Notes: generated by a model from the sequence alone, not told the origin. Counted from the whole stretch's first letter, positions 1 through 12,001 are shown. The stretch: DNA of 63,485 nucleotides, filler included, from Olpidium bornovanus S191 (GCA_017911155.1; 25 parts of 25 records of this genome joined end to end with filler, not necessarily neighbours in it), one strand, 5' to 3'. Translations and numbers: made by a program.

Positions 1-165
1 AGATCTATGGACAAACGAGAGAACGGGGCGGGGCGGCCCGTATGAAGCCAGGAAAGATAAAGTAAGTTTTCTCGGGTTTAGCGTTCGTCAGAGAAAAATT
101 TTTTTTTTCGCATCCAACATGCCGTCAACAAAAAGGAAAGAAGGGGGAAAAAACGGTGGCGCACG

Positions 166-201
<36 letters not shown>

Positions 202-358
202 CAGGTGGCTGCAAAGCAACAGCGCGGCAGGCGCAAGGAAAGCGAAAAAATTTGCAAGCCGTCGCGCTCGCACGGCGAGAGTCCGCGGGACAAATCTTCC
301 TGCGGCTGGAAATTCTGCGGGGTCGGCGGGGGGTCCGGGCGCCGGACGCTGGGTCGGT

Positions 359-1562
359 TCACGCGGCGGCAGTTTGCGACGCATTCGGGGCGGCGACCTG
401 TGATTCCGGCGTCGGCGAGGCCGGTTCGGACGCCGAGGCCAGGGTGGAGGAGGTGGAGTCGCTGGAGCCCGCGCCGTGGAGGAAACGGCAGTTGGACCCG
501 TTGCGGCAGTTTCCCTGGACGTAATAACGGCAGGCCCTTCTGCTTGGCGGGAGGCCGTTGGCGTGGTGGTTTTGGTCGTTGCTGTATTGGCCGTGACGGT
601 TATGATGGGGCCCGAACTTCTCCCCGCGCCCGTTCTGGGTGCCGGAGCGACCGTTGGAGTGGCCCTGCTTGCCCGGCTGCTGTCGCGCGCCTTGCTCGTG
701 GGAGAAGTGGCACTGGGACCCGTTGCGGCAGCGGCCCTGCGCAAAGAAGCGACAGAGAGGAGGGGAGTTGCTACGCGGCAGCTGCGCGCGTCAGGTTCCA
801 GTCTGGTTGAGTAGGCGCTTGAGCGGCGAAAGGCGCGCGGGGCTTACCGGCCGTGGCTGCCGGACTTTTTGTGGTGGCTCGGACGGACGTTTGCCTGCGC
901 CTGGAACATGTCCGCAAGATCGGGCTGCTGCTGGTGGCAGGGATAGGCTGCGCCGAGAGGAGAAGGGTGCTCAATCGGCCCGCCCGTCGCACAAACGCTG
1001 CCCGCACGGCCGGGAAAAACAGCTTACGCATCACGGGCAGCGTTCCGACAGGGAACGCGGGAACGCCCGCGGGCCGGAACGCGTGCGAGGGCGGCGGGTG
1101 CTGGTAGAACTGCGGTGGCAGGGAGTGAGGCGCTTGGTGCACAGGCGCCTGCATGTGCAGCTGCTGAACTTCCATGTTCTCGTAAGCGGCAGGAGGCGCC
1201 GATATCAGGTTTCCATGAATGTCGAAGTGCCAGCTGGCGCGCCGGCGAGCCGGATACGTCGTAAGACGCAAGAAACCCTCGCCGCCTCAAACTGGGGTGG
1301 AGGGCCGGGGCGGGAGGCGGGAACTCCGGTCGAAAACAACGCAGATCCAAAAATTTCGGTCTGACTTACGCCTCCGGATCGAATCCCTCGACAGGAGGAA
1401 TCGGAGAGCCGACGGGGCGGCCCTCGGAGTGGACGCCGGGCTCTTCGGGCGCAATTTCGGCTTGCGCGGGCGGAGCGGGGCCCGGAGCGTGCCGGACAGG
1501 ATCAGACGTCGCAACCGCCTGGTCCGCATCCTTGCCAGCAGGAGCCGGATCCATGATTTTCA
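359..1562 (-). CDS. C3H1 (CCCH) zinc-finger protein with two C-terminal fingers, multi-exon, 5' end uncertain
   Basis: Hand splicing with GT-AG introns gives ...EGFDPEA|WHFDIHG...LPVM|PYPCHQQQPD...SHGR|NSPPLCRFFAQGRCRNGSQCHFSHE...ACRYYVQGNCRNGSNCRFLHG...*. The last exon runs 770 to 359 (TGA at 359-361) and its frame is not listed in the ORF track. Further exons probably lie upstream, to about 2000. Confidence 0.8.
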
Positions 1563-2243
1563 CTGCGCACGGTGGAGGGACGGCGGCACAGGGCGACGTG
1601 ACGGTGCGATGCTCAAAGTCAGAAGCTAAACCCTCGGCCTCCGGAACGCGACGATCCGGACGACGGCTTAGAGCTGCCTAGACGGCGGGAGGAGGGGCGC
1701 TTCCAAAACCGTGAGTCGGCGTTTGCGCCCCGCGGTTCGGTAAACGTCCAGATTGCCCGTGCTGCCGACACCCGTACCACAAGGCGCAGCCGCCCTTTGA
1801 CCGTCCGCCCCCGGGCGGTCTGCCGTGATTCTCGCGTCCCGGAACGCGCAACTGGCATCAACGGGCCGCGTTCGGCGTCTCCGGCTTCCGAAGCTCAAGA
1901 GTCGACGTACCCGTGGGTTGGCAAGCGCCGGATGCCTGTCCTCCGCCTGAGGCGGCTACAGTTATGGAAGGAATCTTGGCCGGTTGTTCCTAACACGAGT
2001 GAGGAGCAACATGAACGACGGCCTCCCGCCCCACTTTCCCCCTATCGGCCCCCACCCGCTTCGCGCCCCTCCTCCACCATTCCCCTAACTCCGGAGTCTT
2101 CGCACCCGAAGGTCACGCACGCCCGGAACGAGTCGCGGGTCGGTTTTGCAGATGGCACCTCACCTGCTAACCGCAAAGACCCTCCCTTATCGCCTTTTCT
2201 TTTTCCCAGGGCGTTTCGGCCCGAGAGGGGGCCAGAAGGCACC

Positions 2244-2275
<32 letters not shown>

Positions 2276-2298
2276 AGAGAGAGACGGGGAAAAAAAGA

Positions 2299-2398
2299 NN
2301 NNNNNNNNNNNNNNNNNNNNNNNNNNNNNNNNNNNNNNNNNNTTAATTAATTAANNNNNNNNNNNNNNNNNNNNNNNNNNNNNNNNNNNNNNNNNNNN
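2299..2398. other. Assembly spacer (first of 24 identical 100-bp contig linkers)
   Basis: 44 N + TTAATTAATTAA (stops in all six frames) + 44 N. Spacers start at 2299, 8549, 12915, 15761, 17196, 19249, 24128, 28183, 29300, 30587, 31805, 34287, 35463, 36715, 37826, 39500, 41615, 43114, 48163, 51364, 53230, 57540, 59862 and 62346. Confidence 0.99.
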
Positions 2399-2647
2399 AA
2401 AAAAAAAAAAAAAGGGAAAAGATAAATCACCCGCAAACAGAGGGCAACCCCCCTTCCCCCCACCAAAAATATATATACATATATCTATTCGGGACGCAAA
2501 GAGAGCTTTCCAATCGCCCACACGCACACACGCCACACACCGTCCCGCGAAGCGTGTAAAGTTGTTTTTTTTTCTTTTTTTTCCTCTTGTTTTTCCTCAA
2601 CGCCAAACATTAAAAAACGCGCCAACAGCCTTTTCGACTCTCCGTCG

Positions 2648-4565
2648 TCAAAATATGCTCAGAATGACCTTCATTTCCTCGTACACTAAGAACGCGATGG
2701 CACTCATGGGCGCGACCTTAAGGTAACCGATGCTCAGGCCGACAAAGAAACCGCGCGGACCCCGCTCCCTGAGCACTGCTCGGCACGTGTCGGATATTCG
2801 AACGAACCGATGCGGGTCCAACGCGCCAGAAACCTGCGGGGGAGATCCCAGGTGGGAGGCCGCGGGGTAAAGAGTGCGATGTAGTCGTGTAAGCGGAAAT
2901 AGACGAGCCGACCGGGTAAAGGATAAATGCGTAGAAGTTCAGGGTAAAGCCGATACGCCTGGGGGGAAAAATGGCAAAAAAAGGGATGGCGATCGCTGGT
3001 GCGAGCGAAAAAAAGGAAGCAGAAGCCGCCAAACAAACGAAATAGAATACGGCAGAATAAGTATTGCGAAGACGTGAAAAGCAGCTGCGTTTTTCCCCCC
3101 CCCTGCATCCGTCTCCGAACTACCTCTGCCGGGTAGGCGACGGTTTGCGCCGCCGCGCCTGCGGCTCCTCCGCTCGCAAGCGTCCACCAGCCCCGCAGCT
3201 CTTTCTCGCTGGCAAGGCCGAGCCAGGACGCGCAAAGCTTGGTCAGGTGGGAGTATATGACGAACGACGAGCCGGCGTATGGAAGGATGCCCAGCACGGT
3301 CGGCAGGAAGCCCCTGTAGAAGTTCACCAAGGGGAAGTGGCGGGGGATGCTCTCCGGCAGTCGCTGGATAAAGCTGCCGCGCTCCGTTGGTAAGGCGGGG
3401 CTCCCCGCAAAACGGCCGGCCGTTCCGGTAAGTGCAGGCTCCGCGAAATGAGCCGCGGCGCCTGCGCCGGCGGTCTGCTGCGCAGCTGTCGGTTTCGCGG
3501 GGGAAGGCGTCCCCGGTGCGGAATGTGCGGCGGGCAAACGGCGTTCGTTCCATATCTCGCGCATCGTGCCGATGACGCCTGGCGACTTCGCGTGCGTGGT
3601 GTCAAACGCCAGTCGAACTCGGATCAGTTCCAGCGGATATGTGACAAGAACAGTCGTCAAGCCTGGGCGGGAAATGTACATGAACAGCCAGCGGACGACG
3701 AGCGATTAATTGGATGTGTGCGCCGATGCAAAACGGGTCAATGGCTTCAGAGAGGTTCGTACGCCTCGGCGGACGCCTGACGCACCAGCGAGAGACCCGG
3801 CCGCAAACCCTCGTAATGGGGTCTCCTTACTTTTCGTTGGCATTAGTATCTACTTCGGCGTCATTCGATTAAACGGCAACACGGTAAGAAACGTCGCCCC
3901 GCCTCCGGGGACTGTTGGAGTGCGCCGGCTTCAGGTTACAGATTCGGAAGGTGACGGGATGGCGCGCCGGCCGAAGTTACCGTTTTAAACTGTTCGTATG
4001 CCATGAACTTGATGGCTGCATACGGAAATATGCGCATGAGCGTTGCCGAATTTCCCTGAAAAAGGCCGCGGACGCCGGACTCCCGGCCTATCTCGCCGAC
4101 GGCCCGGAAGACGCCGAGAAACGTTCCTTTTCGCGCGGCGAGCAACAGAAAGAAAAGACCACAGACGGTCAAATCAGGCGTTCACGACGCGAGAGTTGTG
4201 AGGCCACCGGGAACAAATTGCCTAACTTCGGGGGTGGGGGGGAGGGGTCTACCGCCGTCACCGCTGGTGTTCCGCTGTCCGGCCAAGGCCCCTGCTCCGG
4301 AGCGAATCACTGACGTTCCAGTGTGTTTATCCCCACTTCTCCTCCTGTTATAATTCCCGCGGCGAACGCACCCACCAGCGTGCCTGCTGTACTTTTTGTT
4401 GTTTGTCTGGAAAAGAATCTTCACCCTATCCAACGGGGCGACGGCGGTCTTAGCAGCAGACCCGGCCAGCCCGCCGGCAAGCATGCTTCGGAGAACGTAG
4501 TCCAGGTTTTGGGTGTCCCTTCGCCGCCCTCCGCCACCCACGTCCGCGCCGCCGGCGCCCACCAT
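2648..4565 (-). CDS. LEU5: Mitochondrial coenzyme A carrier (Leu5/SLC25A16 family), complete, 5 exons
   Basis: Three carrier repeats with Px[DE]xx[RK] signatures: [35 protein letters not shown]. Also [22 protein letters not shown] and the Leu5-type C-terminus [30 protein letters not shown] at 4565, TGA at 2648-2650. Confidence 0.92.
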
Positions 4566-5114
4566 TTCCGTTCACCCGCGCTGCGTCGTGTGGTTTTTTT
4601 TCTGCTTCTGTCACGGGCTCCGGTCCCGCGGAGCGCGCGGAGTACGAGACGGCAGTCGAGTGAAGAAAGTGCCGGTCTGCGCGCGGCCTGCGGCGGGCGG
4701 CTTCGATGACCGCAGGCGGCGACGGGGGGATGGAGGGGAAGTCTCCGCCTACACCGTCCCCCCCACGTGTCCTTCGAACGCTGGATTTTTTTTTTCCCTC
4801 AAGCAGCGCCGACGTGCATTTGGCAACACAGCGGAACTGCCAGCTGAAGCGCCCCTCTTTCTCCGTCCGCCCCCACGTTCTGCCCGGTCCCCCCGTCCCA
4901 CTCTCCCTCCCCCGCAGCGGGAGGCGGAAATATAGCTGCCGCTCAACGCGCGTTGAGGGGTTGGTGGGGGGTGCGGGGGGGGGGGGGGGGGGTGGGGGGG
5001 GGGGGGGGGGGGGGGGGAGGGGATTGGGGGAGGTGGGAGATGTTGGAATTAAAGGGGAAAAATGAAGCGGACAAAATTTAAAGGGTGAGGCACTACACTA
5101 CGCGCACCAGCCTC

Positions 5115-5280
5115 TGTAGCCCCTTTGTAGAGTTCTTAGGCCCCCGACATATAAAAGAGGCGCCTCGCCGAGATAGAGAAGCGACGCCACGAATACAGTT
5201 TTCTCCCCTTCTTCCGCCTTACGGGTTCACCGCGTCTCCGTCTGCGGGTTCTCGAATACTCTCGGCTCTACTTTGCAACA
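5115..5280 (+). repeat. Short solo-LTR-like repeat (166 bp)
   Basis: Termini TGTAG...CAACA and an internal CATATAAAAG. Clear similarity to 8812-8956 and 8974-9119 (CCTTTGTAGA, CATATAAAA, AGCGACGCC blocks). No target-site duplication seen. Confidence 0.65.
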
Positions 5281-6254
5281 GGAGAGGAGGAGGAAGAGGA
5301 GGGGGGGGGGGAGTTGACCCGCGCGGGCGAGTGATTTTCAACGACCAAAAGTTGTACAGAAGAGAACGTGAGCGGGCCGGAACAACCCGCCCCCCAGACG
5401 GCGGACGGGGCGGGGGGAGGGAAGGGCGGGCGGGGAGTGACGGAAAGGGGTAAACAGGGTAGCCGAGCGGAAAAGCACGACGCACGCCATATCTCCCTCC
5501 CCCCCTTCCCCCCCCCGAACCCTCTTTATGAAGTAGGGAAGAATGGAGGACTTCAGTTCCCCAGAGAGCTCCTAAAACACCCCGAATCCTACACGAGGCG
5601 GGGAGGAAAGGGGGAAAAAGGGGGGCGGGGGGTGGGGGTCTCAGGCCGTGTGCGTGCTGTTGTGGACTGAAAGATGCGCTCTACAGGTCACGTGATCATT
5701 AAAGATGCACCCGATCGGGTGGGGAGCTCTCTGAGTTTCCCCCACCTCTTCGAGTGCAAACAGGAGATAAATCGTTTCACGTTATTAGCACCATTGCACT
5801 CGTCACCAGTGCCCCATCCCACACACACACTCGGGTCCTCGTCCTCCTCCAAAGTCCTCAACGACAGCTGCCGCTGCCGCCCTCGTTGACCTTGCTCGTT
5901 GCTCGATCCGCTCGCCCCTTCACCGCTCGCCACTCACCTGACAGACGAGAACCGTCCTTTTCAACGAGAACCGACTGGCCGAACCGCACCACCATTCGCC
6001 GTCAATCCTTTTGAGCTATTTCCTTTCTGCTCCCCTCTCCGCCCGTTTTTCCTTTGCCTCTGTCCGGAAACTTCCTCGTCGCTCGCCCGTGTAGTGAACC
6101 GTCCTCGATCCTCTGTATCAACCCCCCGCCCGGCTCTCTCTCTCTCTCTATCTCTCTCTGTCTCTCCCGTCTCACTCTTCTATAATACACACAACAACCT
6201 CGACGTTCCTCTACAAAGTGGGGAATCCGAGGAAGAACCATCCTTCGACCGCCC

Positions 6255-7215
6255 GCTCACCCGCGCAGCCCTCCGGCGCGCCGCCGCCCTCCGGCAGCCC
6301 TCCGCCGCGCCGCCGCCATCCGGCAGCCCTCTGCTGCTCGGCCCCCGCCGCGCCGCCCCCGCCGCGCCGCCCTCCGCCGCGCCGCCGCCCTCCGGCAGCC
6401 CTCCACCGCGCCGCCCTCCGCCGTCGCCGCGCCGTCGCCGCGCCGTCACCGCGCCGTCACCGCGACGTCGCCGCGCCGTCACAGCGCCGTCGCCGCGCCG
6501 TCACCGCGCCACGGTGCCCGCCGAAGCGCCATCCGGCAGCCCTCCGCCGCGCCGCCGCCATCCGACAGCCCTCCGCCGCGCCGCCGCCATCCGACAGCCC
6601 TCCGCCGCGCCGCGGCCATCCGACAGCCCTCCGCCGCGCCGCGGCCATCCGACAGCCCTCCACCGCGCCGTCGCCGCGCCGTCGCCGCGCCGTCACCGCG
6701 CCGTCACCGCGCCACGGTGCCCGCCGAAGCGCCATCCGGCAGCCCTCGCCATCCGGCAGCCCTCCACCGCGCCGCCGCCGTCCAACAGCCCTCCGCCGCG
6801 CCGCCGCCATCCAACAGCCCTCCACCGCGCCGTCGCCGCGCCGTCGCCCCGCCGTCGCCGCGCCGTCGCCGCGCCGTCGCCGCGCCACGGTGCTCGCCGA
6901 AGCGCCATCCGGCAGCCCTCGCCATCCGGCAGCCCTCCACCGCGCCGCCGCCGTCCAACAGCCCTCCGCCGCGCCGCCGCCGTCCAACAGCCCTCCACCG
7001 CGCCGTCGCCGCGCCACGGTGCTCGCCGAAGCGCCATCCGGCAGCCCTCGCCATCCGGCAGCCCTCCGCCGCGCCGCCGCCCTCTGACAGCCTTCCGCCG
7101 CGCCGCCACCGCGCCGTCGCCCTGCCGTCACCGCGCCGTCGCCCCGCCGTCACCGCGCCGTCGTCGCGCCGTCCCCGCGCCACGGTGCCCGCCGAAGCGC
7201 CGTCCTGCATCCCGC
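6255..7215. repeat. Composite GC-rich tandem array (about 30-bp and 11-bp units in higher-order blocks)
   Basis: Repeated CAGCCCTCCGCCGCGCCGCCGCCATCCG(G/A), GCCGTC(G/A)CCGC and GCCACGGTGC(C/T)CGCCGAAGCGCCATCCGG units. Confidence 0.9.
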
Positions 7216-7436
7216 CGTCGCGTTTGTTTTTGAGCTTGTTTTTGCTCGACCGCGCTTTCGTTTTTGTTCAATCAGTTGTTAGTTCATTGTTCGTTCTTCG
7301 CTTAATCGTTTTGTCCCTTCGCTTCGTTGTTCATTCGCTTCGCTTGCCGTGAACCACGTCCTTTCGTCGAGCCGCTGACGATGCCTCGACGGCGTCAACC
7401 CGTCGAGGCAAAACACCCCAGCCGCTGTCGCCGCAC

Positions 7437-8548
7437 ATGGAGCCGACCAGCGTTGCCGCCGCTTCCGCAACGACTGCGCCATCACACAGCGTCGTTCGTT
7501 TGCCCCGGTCGTCTCCAGCGCTTGTTGACTGTGCTAAGGTCGACCCCGCGACCATCCCCATTCCACGGTCGCCATCCCTCGAAGTGCGCATGGACTTACC
7601 CACGCTTTGCGTTCCCCTGTTTGTTCCAGAACCGGACACACAGGCCGCCGCTGCTGCCACCGCTGCTGCTTCATCCGTTAGTGTCGGACTCGAGGCCAGC
7701 CATCACAATCCCGCAAACGCTCCTGACGCCGTCCTTCGTCAGCAGAAGCTTGCTGGACTTGCTGAGTGGCTCCCTTCAATTGTTGCGCATGTTGGTGCTG
7801 CCACCGCTGCCACCATTCTTGTCGACGTTGACACCGATTTTCCAGCCATTATCGACGACCTGTTGTTTCATTGCAGGAGCTGAGTGTTACCTGCGGCGCC
7901 CTCGACAAGCGGCTTATTGAGATGGCCGCCACTTACTGTGCCCCCAACCGCTCCCTGTCGCTCCTCCAGGCGAGCCTCGACGGCATGGCCACCCGTCTCG
8001 CCAGCCCGTCGACGCTGTCGTCCGTCGAGCAGCCTTCATCTCACTCCCCCCCGCCTCGGTCTTGTCGCCGTCTTTCGATGAACCCCAGCCACCATCGACG
8101 ATCGTCCTCCTCGTCAACTAGCTCGTCAGAATCGTCGTCTTCCGATTCGCACGAGGAGTGTTCACAGTCCCCGAGGCCCCATCACCAAGCTGAAGAGTCG
8201 ACCGGCGTTTCTGGTGTCGTCCCTCACGGCTTCAGCATGACTCCAGTTTGGAATAATGCGCTCCAGTGCGGTGGTGGCTGGATCGCATGGAAGCAGCGCT
8301 TCCTCTCTGAGCTCGAGCTCTTGGGAACCTTCACTGAGGCCCAGAAGCTCGCTGAATTGCACAACAATGTCGTCCCTGAGTTGTGCAGTTTCCTGAACTG
8401 GGATATGGAGTGTCACCATCCCCTTTCGACGCTCCAGGAAGGCCTTGATGTTTTTGCGAATCTGTATGCGTCCTCCTACGCATTGAATCCTAAACAGATT
8501 TTTGCTTCCAAGGTTGCCCAGCTTCGACAGGAGCCTGCCAAAAGCATG
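7437..8548 (+). pseudogene. Retrotransposon Gag-like protein, frame-disrupted near 7875
   Basis: ORFs 7437-7883 and 7871 onward overlap in different frames. The second contains WIAWKQRFLSELELLG...LAEL...FASKVAQLRQEPAKS, which resembles Retrotrans_gag domains. Confidence 0.6.
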
Positions 8549-8811
8549 NNNNNNNNNNNNNNNNNNNNNNNNNNNNNNNNNNNNNNNNNNNNTTAATTAA
8601 TTAANNNNNNNNNNNNNNNNNNNNNNNNNNNNNNNNNNNNNNNNNNNNCAAAGGTGCCACAAAATCGCAGATTTAGAGTGACCATGGGCGTTATAGTGAG
8701 TAGTGTGCTCAGTGAGGCGGGGTGTTGAAACGAAGCCTGAAACAGGGGCTGAAACACAGCCTGAAACAAAGGGGGATAGTACACTGCACCCACTCCTCCT
8801 TCGTTTACCCC

Positions 8812-8956
8812 TGTTGCGCCTTTGTAGAATTCCTAGCTGCCCGCCATATAAAATGAGCCTGGAGTAGATAGCGACGCCACGCCCTGTACACACAAAAATA
8901 CAATCCTCTCCTGCCTCTTCGGTTTCTGCTTCTGTCTGCGGCTTCTAAATCCAACA
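8812..8956 (+). repeat. Short solo-LTR-like repeat (145 bp)
   Basis: Perfect TGTTG...CAACA termini, TATAAAA inside, homologous to 5115-5280. Confidence 0.65.
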
Positions 8957-8973
8957 GGGCCGCCCCCGCAATC

Positions 8974-9119
8974 TGTTGCACCCCCTGTAGAAGAATCTGT
9001 AGAACATCTCCGCCATATAAAAACAGGCACCTCGCCGAGCCGTGGACAAGAAGCGACGCCGCGAAATGCGGTTTTCCTCGCCTCTTTCCGCCTTCACGGG
9101 CTCACCCCGCATCTCCGTC
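8974..9119 (+). repeat. Third, 3'-truncated copy of the short LTR-like family
   Basis: Starts TGTTG 17 bp after the previous copy. Aligns with 5115-5240 (CATATAAAA..GGCACCTCGCCGAG..GAAGCGACGCC..TTCCGCCTT(C)ACGGG) and then diverges. Confidence 0.6.
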
Positions 9120-9719
9120 AAGGTCGACCGCGTCAAGGCTCTCGACCTCGGAGAAACTGTCCGTCAAGTCGCAGAGGGTGGTACACTCCGTCCTGCTCAG
9201 ACGAGGACAAATACCACGCCGCGCAAAAGGAGACGCCGCAACCGGGGAAGGGGCCGCTTTCCCGGGGCTGACGCGCCTCTTAACTTCTTTTGCGACCATT
9301 CGCAGGCATTCCGTCGCCATATGGCCCGCGCCTTGTTCTACGGAAAAGCATAAATATTTATCTAGTAATTGTGATTGCAAAACAGGATCACGCTTCCGTT
9401 TCTTCTTTTTCTCTTTTTTTTTTCCTTTTGCTTTTTTTGTAAAAAAAAAGGGGGGGGGGGGGGAAAGGGGGGGGGGGTTGGGGGGGGGGAAAAAGGTTGG
9501 GCGGAAGAGGCCGGTACAGTGTGAAACGGGGATGGCGTTAATCCGGGAAACTCTGCAAAACCAGATAGCCCGCGCCGAGAGGCTATCGCTCAAAAGGTGC
9601 GGCCGCGGAAACTCGCTCCCGCCGGAGACTCAAGAACATTTCTTCAACGAGGACGTGGGGGGACTCCGGAGACGAACCCGACGCCGGAAAGAAATCGTGC
9701 CATACCCCCTATGAACGCC

Positions 9720-10640
9720 CTACTTGCGAGGACACTCCTGGGGGCAATTCCAATCTTCGGACGGAACAGGAGGCGCGGCAACCCTCGACGGGTTCATAAG
9801 CAAACTTGAACTTGCAGTCCAAACGTGCAAGATTCAGCGACGAAGAAGCTCTGGACTTGGCCATCAACTGACTGACGGGACAGGCGGCTGTCATGTGTCA
9901 AAGCCACACAGCCGCAAACCCCGTGGGCAGCGCGCTAGGTTGGACCCGCTGGGGAGACCTAAAGAAGACTCTCGTAGCCGCCTATTATCCACGAGAACAC
10001 CTCCAGACAGCTACCGCAAAGCTCACGGAGGCGACGCAGCAAAGCTGTGGGGCGACCTCGAGAAATATATCGAGACCTACAACGCCCTATACATGGCCCC
10101 CCCCCTTGCGACGAGCGGACCTGAGCAATCAAGTTCTACTTGGATCTACCGACAGACGTGAGGCGCAGCGTCATGCAAATGGTGCCAGCACTCAGCAGCC
10201 TCGAGGACACCCAGGAAGCGGCAAGACGCGACCTCCGCGTGACAGGCGGGGTACCCAAGAAGGCGTCAGCAGCGCCCGTCAACGGCGCCGGGGCCGCCGG
10301 GGAAGCGAAAAAGAAAAACGAAAACGTCAGGTGTTACAATTGTAACAAAAGGGGGGCATATCGCACGCGAATGTCGATCGCCCCGAAAGGAAAAGAAAGA
10401 TGCTTCCATTACCGAAAAGAACGCGGAAGAGAAATAAAAAAAGCCAATGATGAGAAGAACGACAAGGAAAAAAAGAAAGACAACAGTAGGCCATCTGCTT
10501 TTGCGGCGCATGCGGCAAATGCGCATGCGCCGTGGGGATCATCGACGATGTGCCGTCGGCAAGTTTCTCCATGTCGGCGACGACCTCGAGAGCGAAAATT
10601 GACAGCGGCGCAGCTCGGCACATGTTGCCGCACGCTGCTG
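9720..10640 (+). pseudogene. Ty1/copia gag and protease relic with multiple frameshifts
   Basis: Gag-like segments (WGDLKKTLVAAYYPREHLQTATAKL; LEKYIETYNALY), a CX2CX4HX4C knuckle CYNCNKRGHIARECRSP once one G is removed from the run at 10351-10356, and the copia protease motif IDSGAARHM at about 10598-10624. Confidence 0.8.
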
Positions 10641-11436
10641 GTTCTCCTCCTCCAAGCCGACCAACGCGAAGGTCTGGACGGCGTCCAAGGCAAACGAGCC
10701 GGTTGTCACCGCGGGTGCCGTGGACATCATCACCGGTTACCTCTGATATTGATCATTATAAATTTTTTATTTTTCCTGTGCTCATTTCTTTTAAGTGCAG
10801 GTTTTCCTTAGTGCAATTTTTTTGGATTCACTACAGCAGTCATGAAACGAGCCTTTGAAGGCGGAGGAGTGGGTGGGGGGGGGGTTAGTGGCGGGCGGGA
10901 AGGGGAAGTTAATATTATGCGCCTCTCCACATCATGCGGGTGCGCGAGGCGCACAAACGAAACAACCGAGGGCCCGACAAATCTCACTCTAAGCTTCCTG
11001 CCGGGCCAGGAGCTGTTCCAAAAGAGCAGGCCCCGTTTGTCGTAGGCGGATCCCACCAGGGTTTACCTCGGGCGCCACGGATGTCAGCCAAACGGTTCCC
11101 CCTCCCCCTCCCCTCCCCCTTCCCTCCACAACCAACCGTGTGTGGTTTCCCTCGCGCTCCACGCGCGTAGAGAAGGAGAGATTTTTCTGCATCCCCCCCG
11201 CTTCTCCCTGGCCCGCAAAATGCTCTCCGCTCCGGCGGTTCTCCGTTGGCAAGAGCGAGGCCCTCGCGGACGGTTCCCTTACGGGCCCGAATCGCCGCCG
11301 CCGCCGCCTTGGCGCTGAAAGAAGAGGAATTCTTGGCTTCCCCCACCCCCCGGCAAAACGCCGAAAGGACTCGCCGCCTGCGGTTGCGCGTGCTTTTTCT
11401 TTAAAAAAAAAAAATTCCGCGCTTGCGGGCCGGACG

Positions 11437-11476
<40 letters not shown>

Positions 11477-12001
11477 CGGAAAGAAATCAGCGCTTGTTAG
11501 CGCTTGTTTGGGGGTTTTGGGAACAGCCGCGTCCCTTCCGCAATCGCATGTGGGCCAAGCCGGGGCGGTGGATCATAATAAAGTCGGGCGGCGGTGCGGG
11601 CTGACGGGGGGGGTTTTCGCCCGGAAGGGTGTTCCCGTTTCCTGATGGCGAACCGGCAGAGCGCGCGCTACCCGCGCAGTGATGAGAGATCACACGAGGG
11701 CCCCTGGGCCCCCGAAAAACGCGTCTTGTTTTGTGTTTTTTTTTATTTTCGCGCCCGCCCGCGCGCGCGCCCGACCTTACGGCCCACTTTGCCCCGCCCC
11801 GACCGCGCGCCCGCCCTCCTTCACTTTCCCCCCGCCCTCTTTCCCCGCCCCCCAACTCAGCCTGGCGAACAAAAAAACCGGAGCTGAAAGACTTCCGAAA
11901 ACCGCCCGAATTTCCCGCTTCGCTTCCGCGCCGCCCTCCTTCCTGCCCGAAAACCCCCCTCCGTCCACCCGCGCCCGCCGCTCCGATCGCAACCCCGCGC
12001 G

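Larger units (their letters stand above)
6090..8548 (+). mobile_element. 5' part of an LTR retrotransposon (putative LTR, PBS, repeat-rich leader, gag), truncated by contig end
   Basis: TGTAG(6090)...CTACA(6215) is followed by TGGGGAATCCGAGG (PBS-like, about 6219-6232), then a GC-rich array and gag-like ORFs. The LTR could instead start at TGTTG 5658. Confidence 0.6.

Noticed and set aside
119-524. Poly-Lys, poly-Phe, poly-Gly and poly-Pro ORFs here and at many other places
   Set aside because: They are translations of long homopolymers in UTRs, introns or contig ends, many probably length- or base-call artefacts.
5899-7352. Several long overlapping R/A/P-rich ORFs (up to 444 aa) on both strands
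   Set aside because: They result from a stop-free GC tandem array and show no domain or codon signal.
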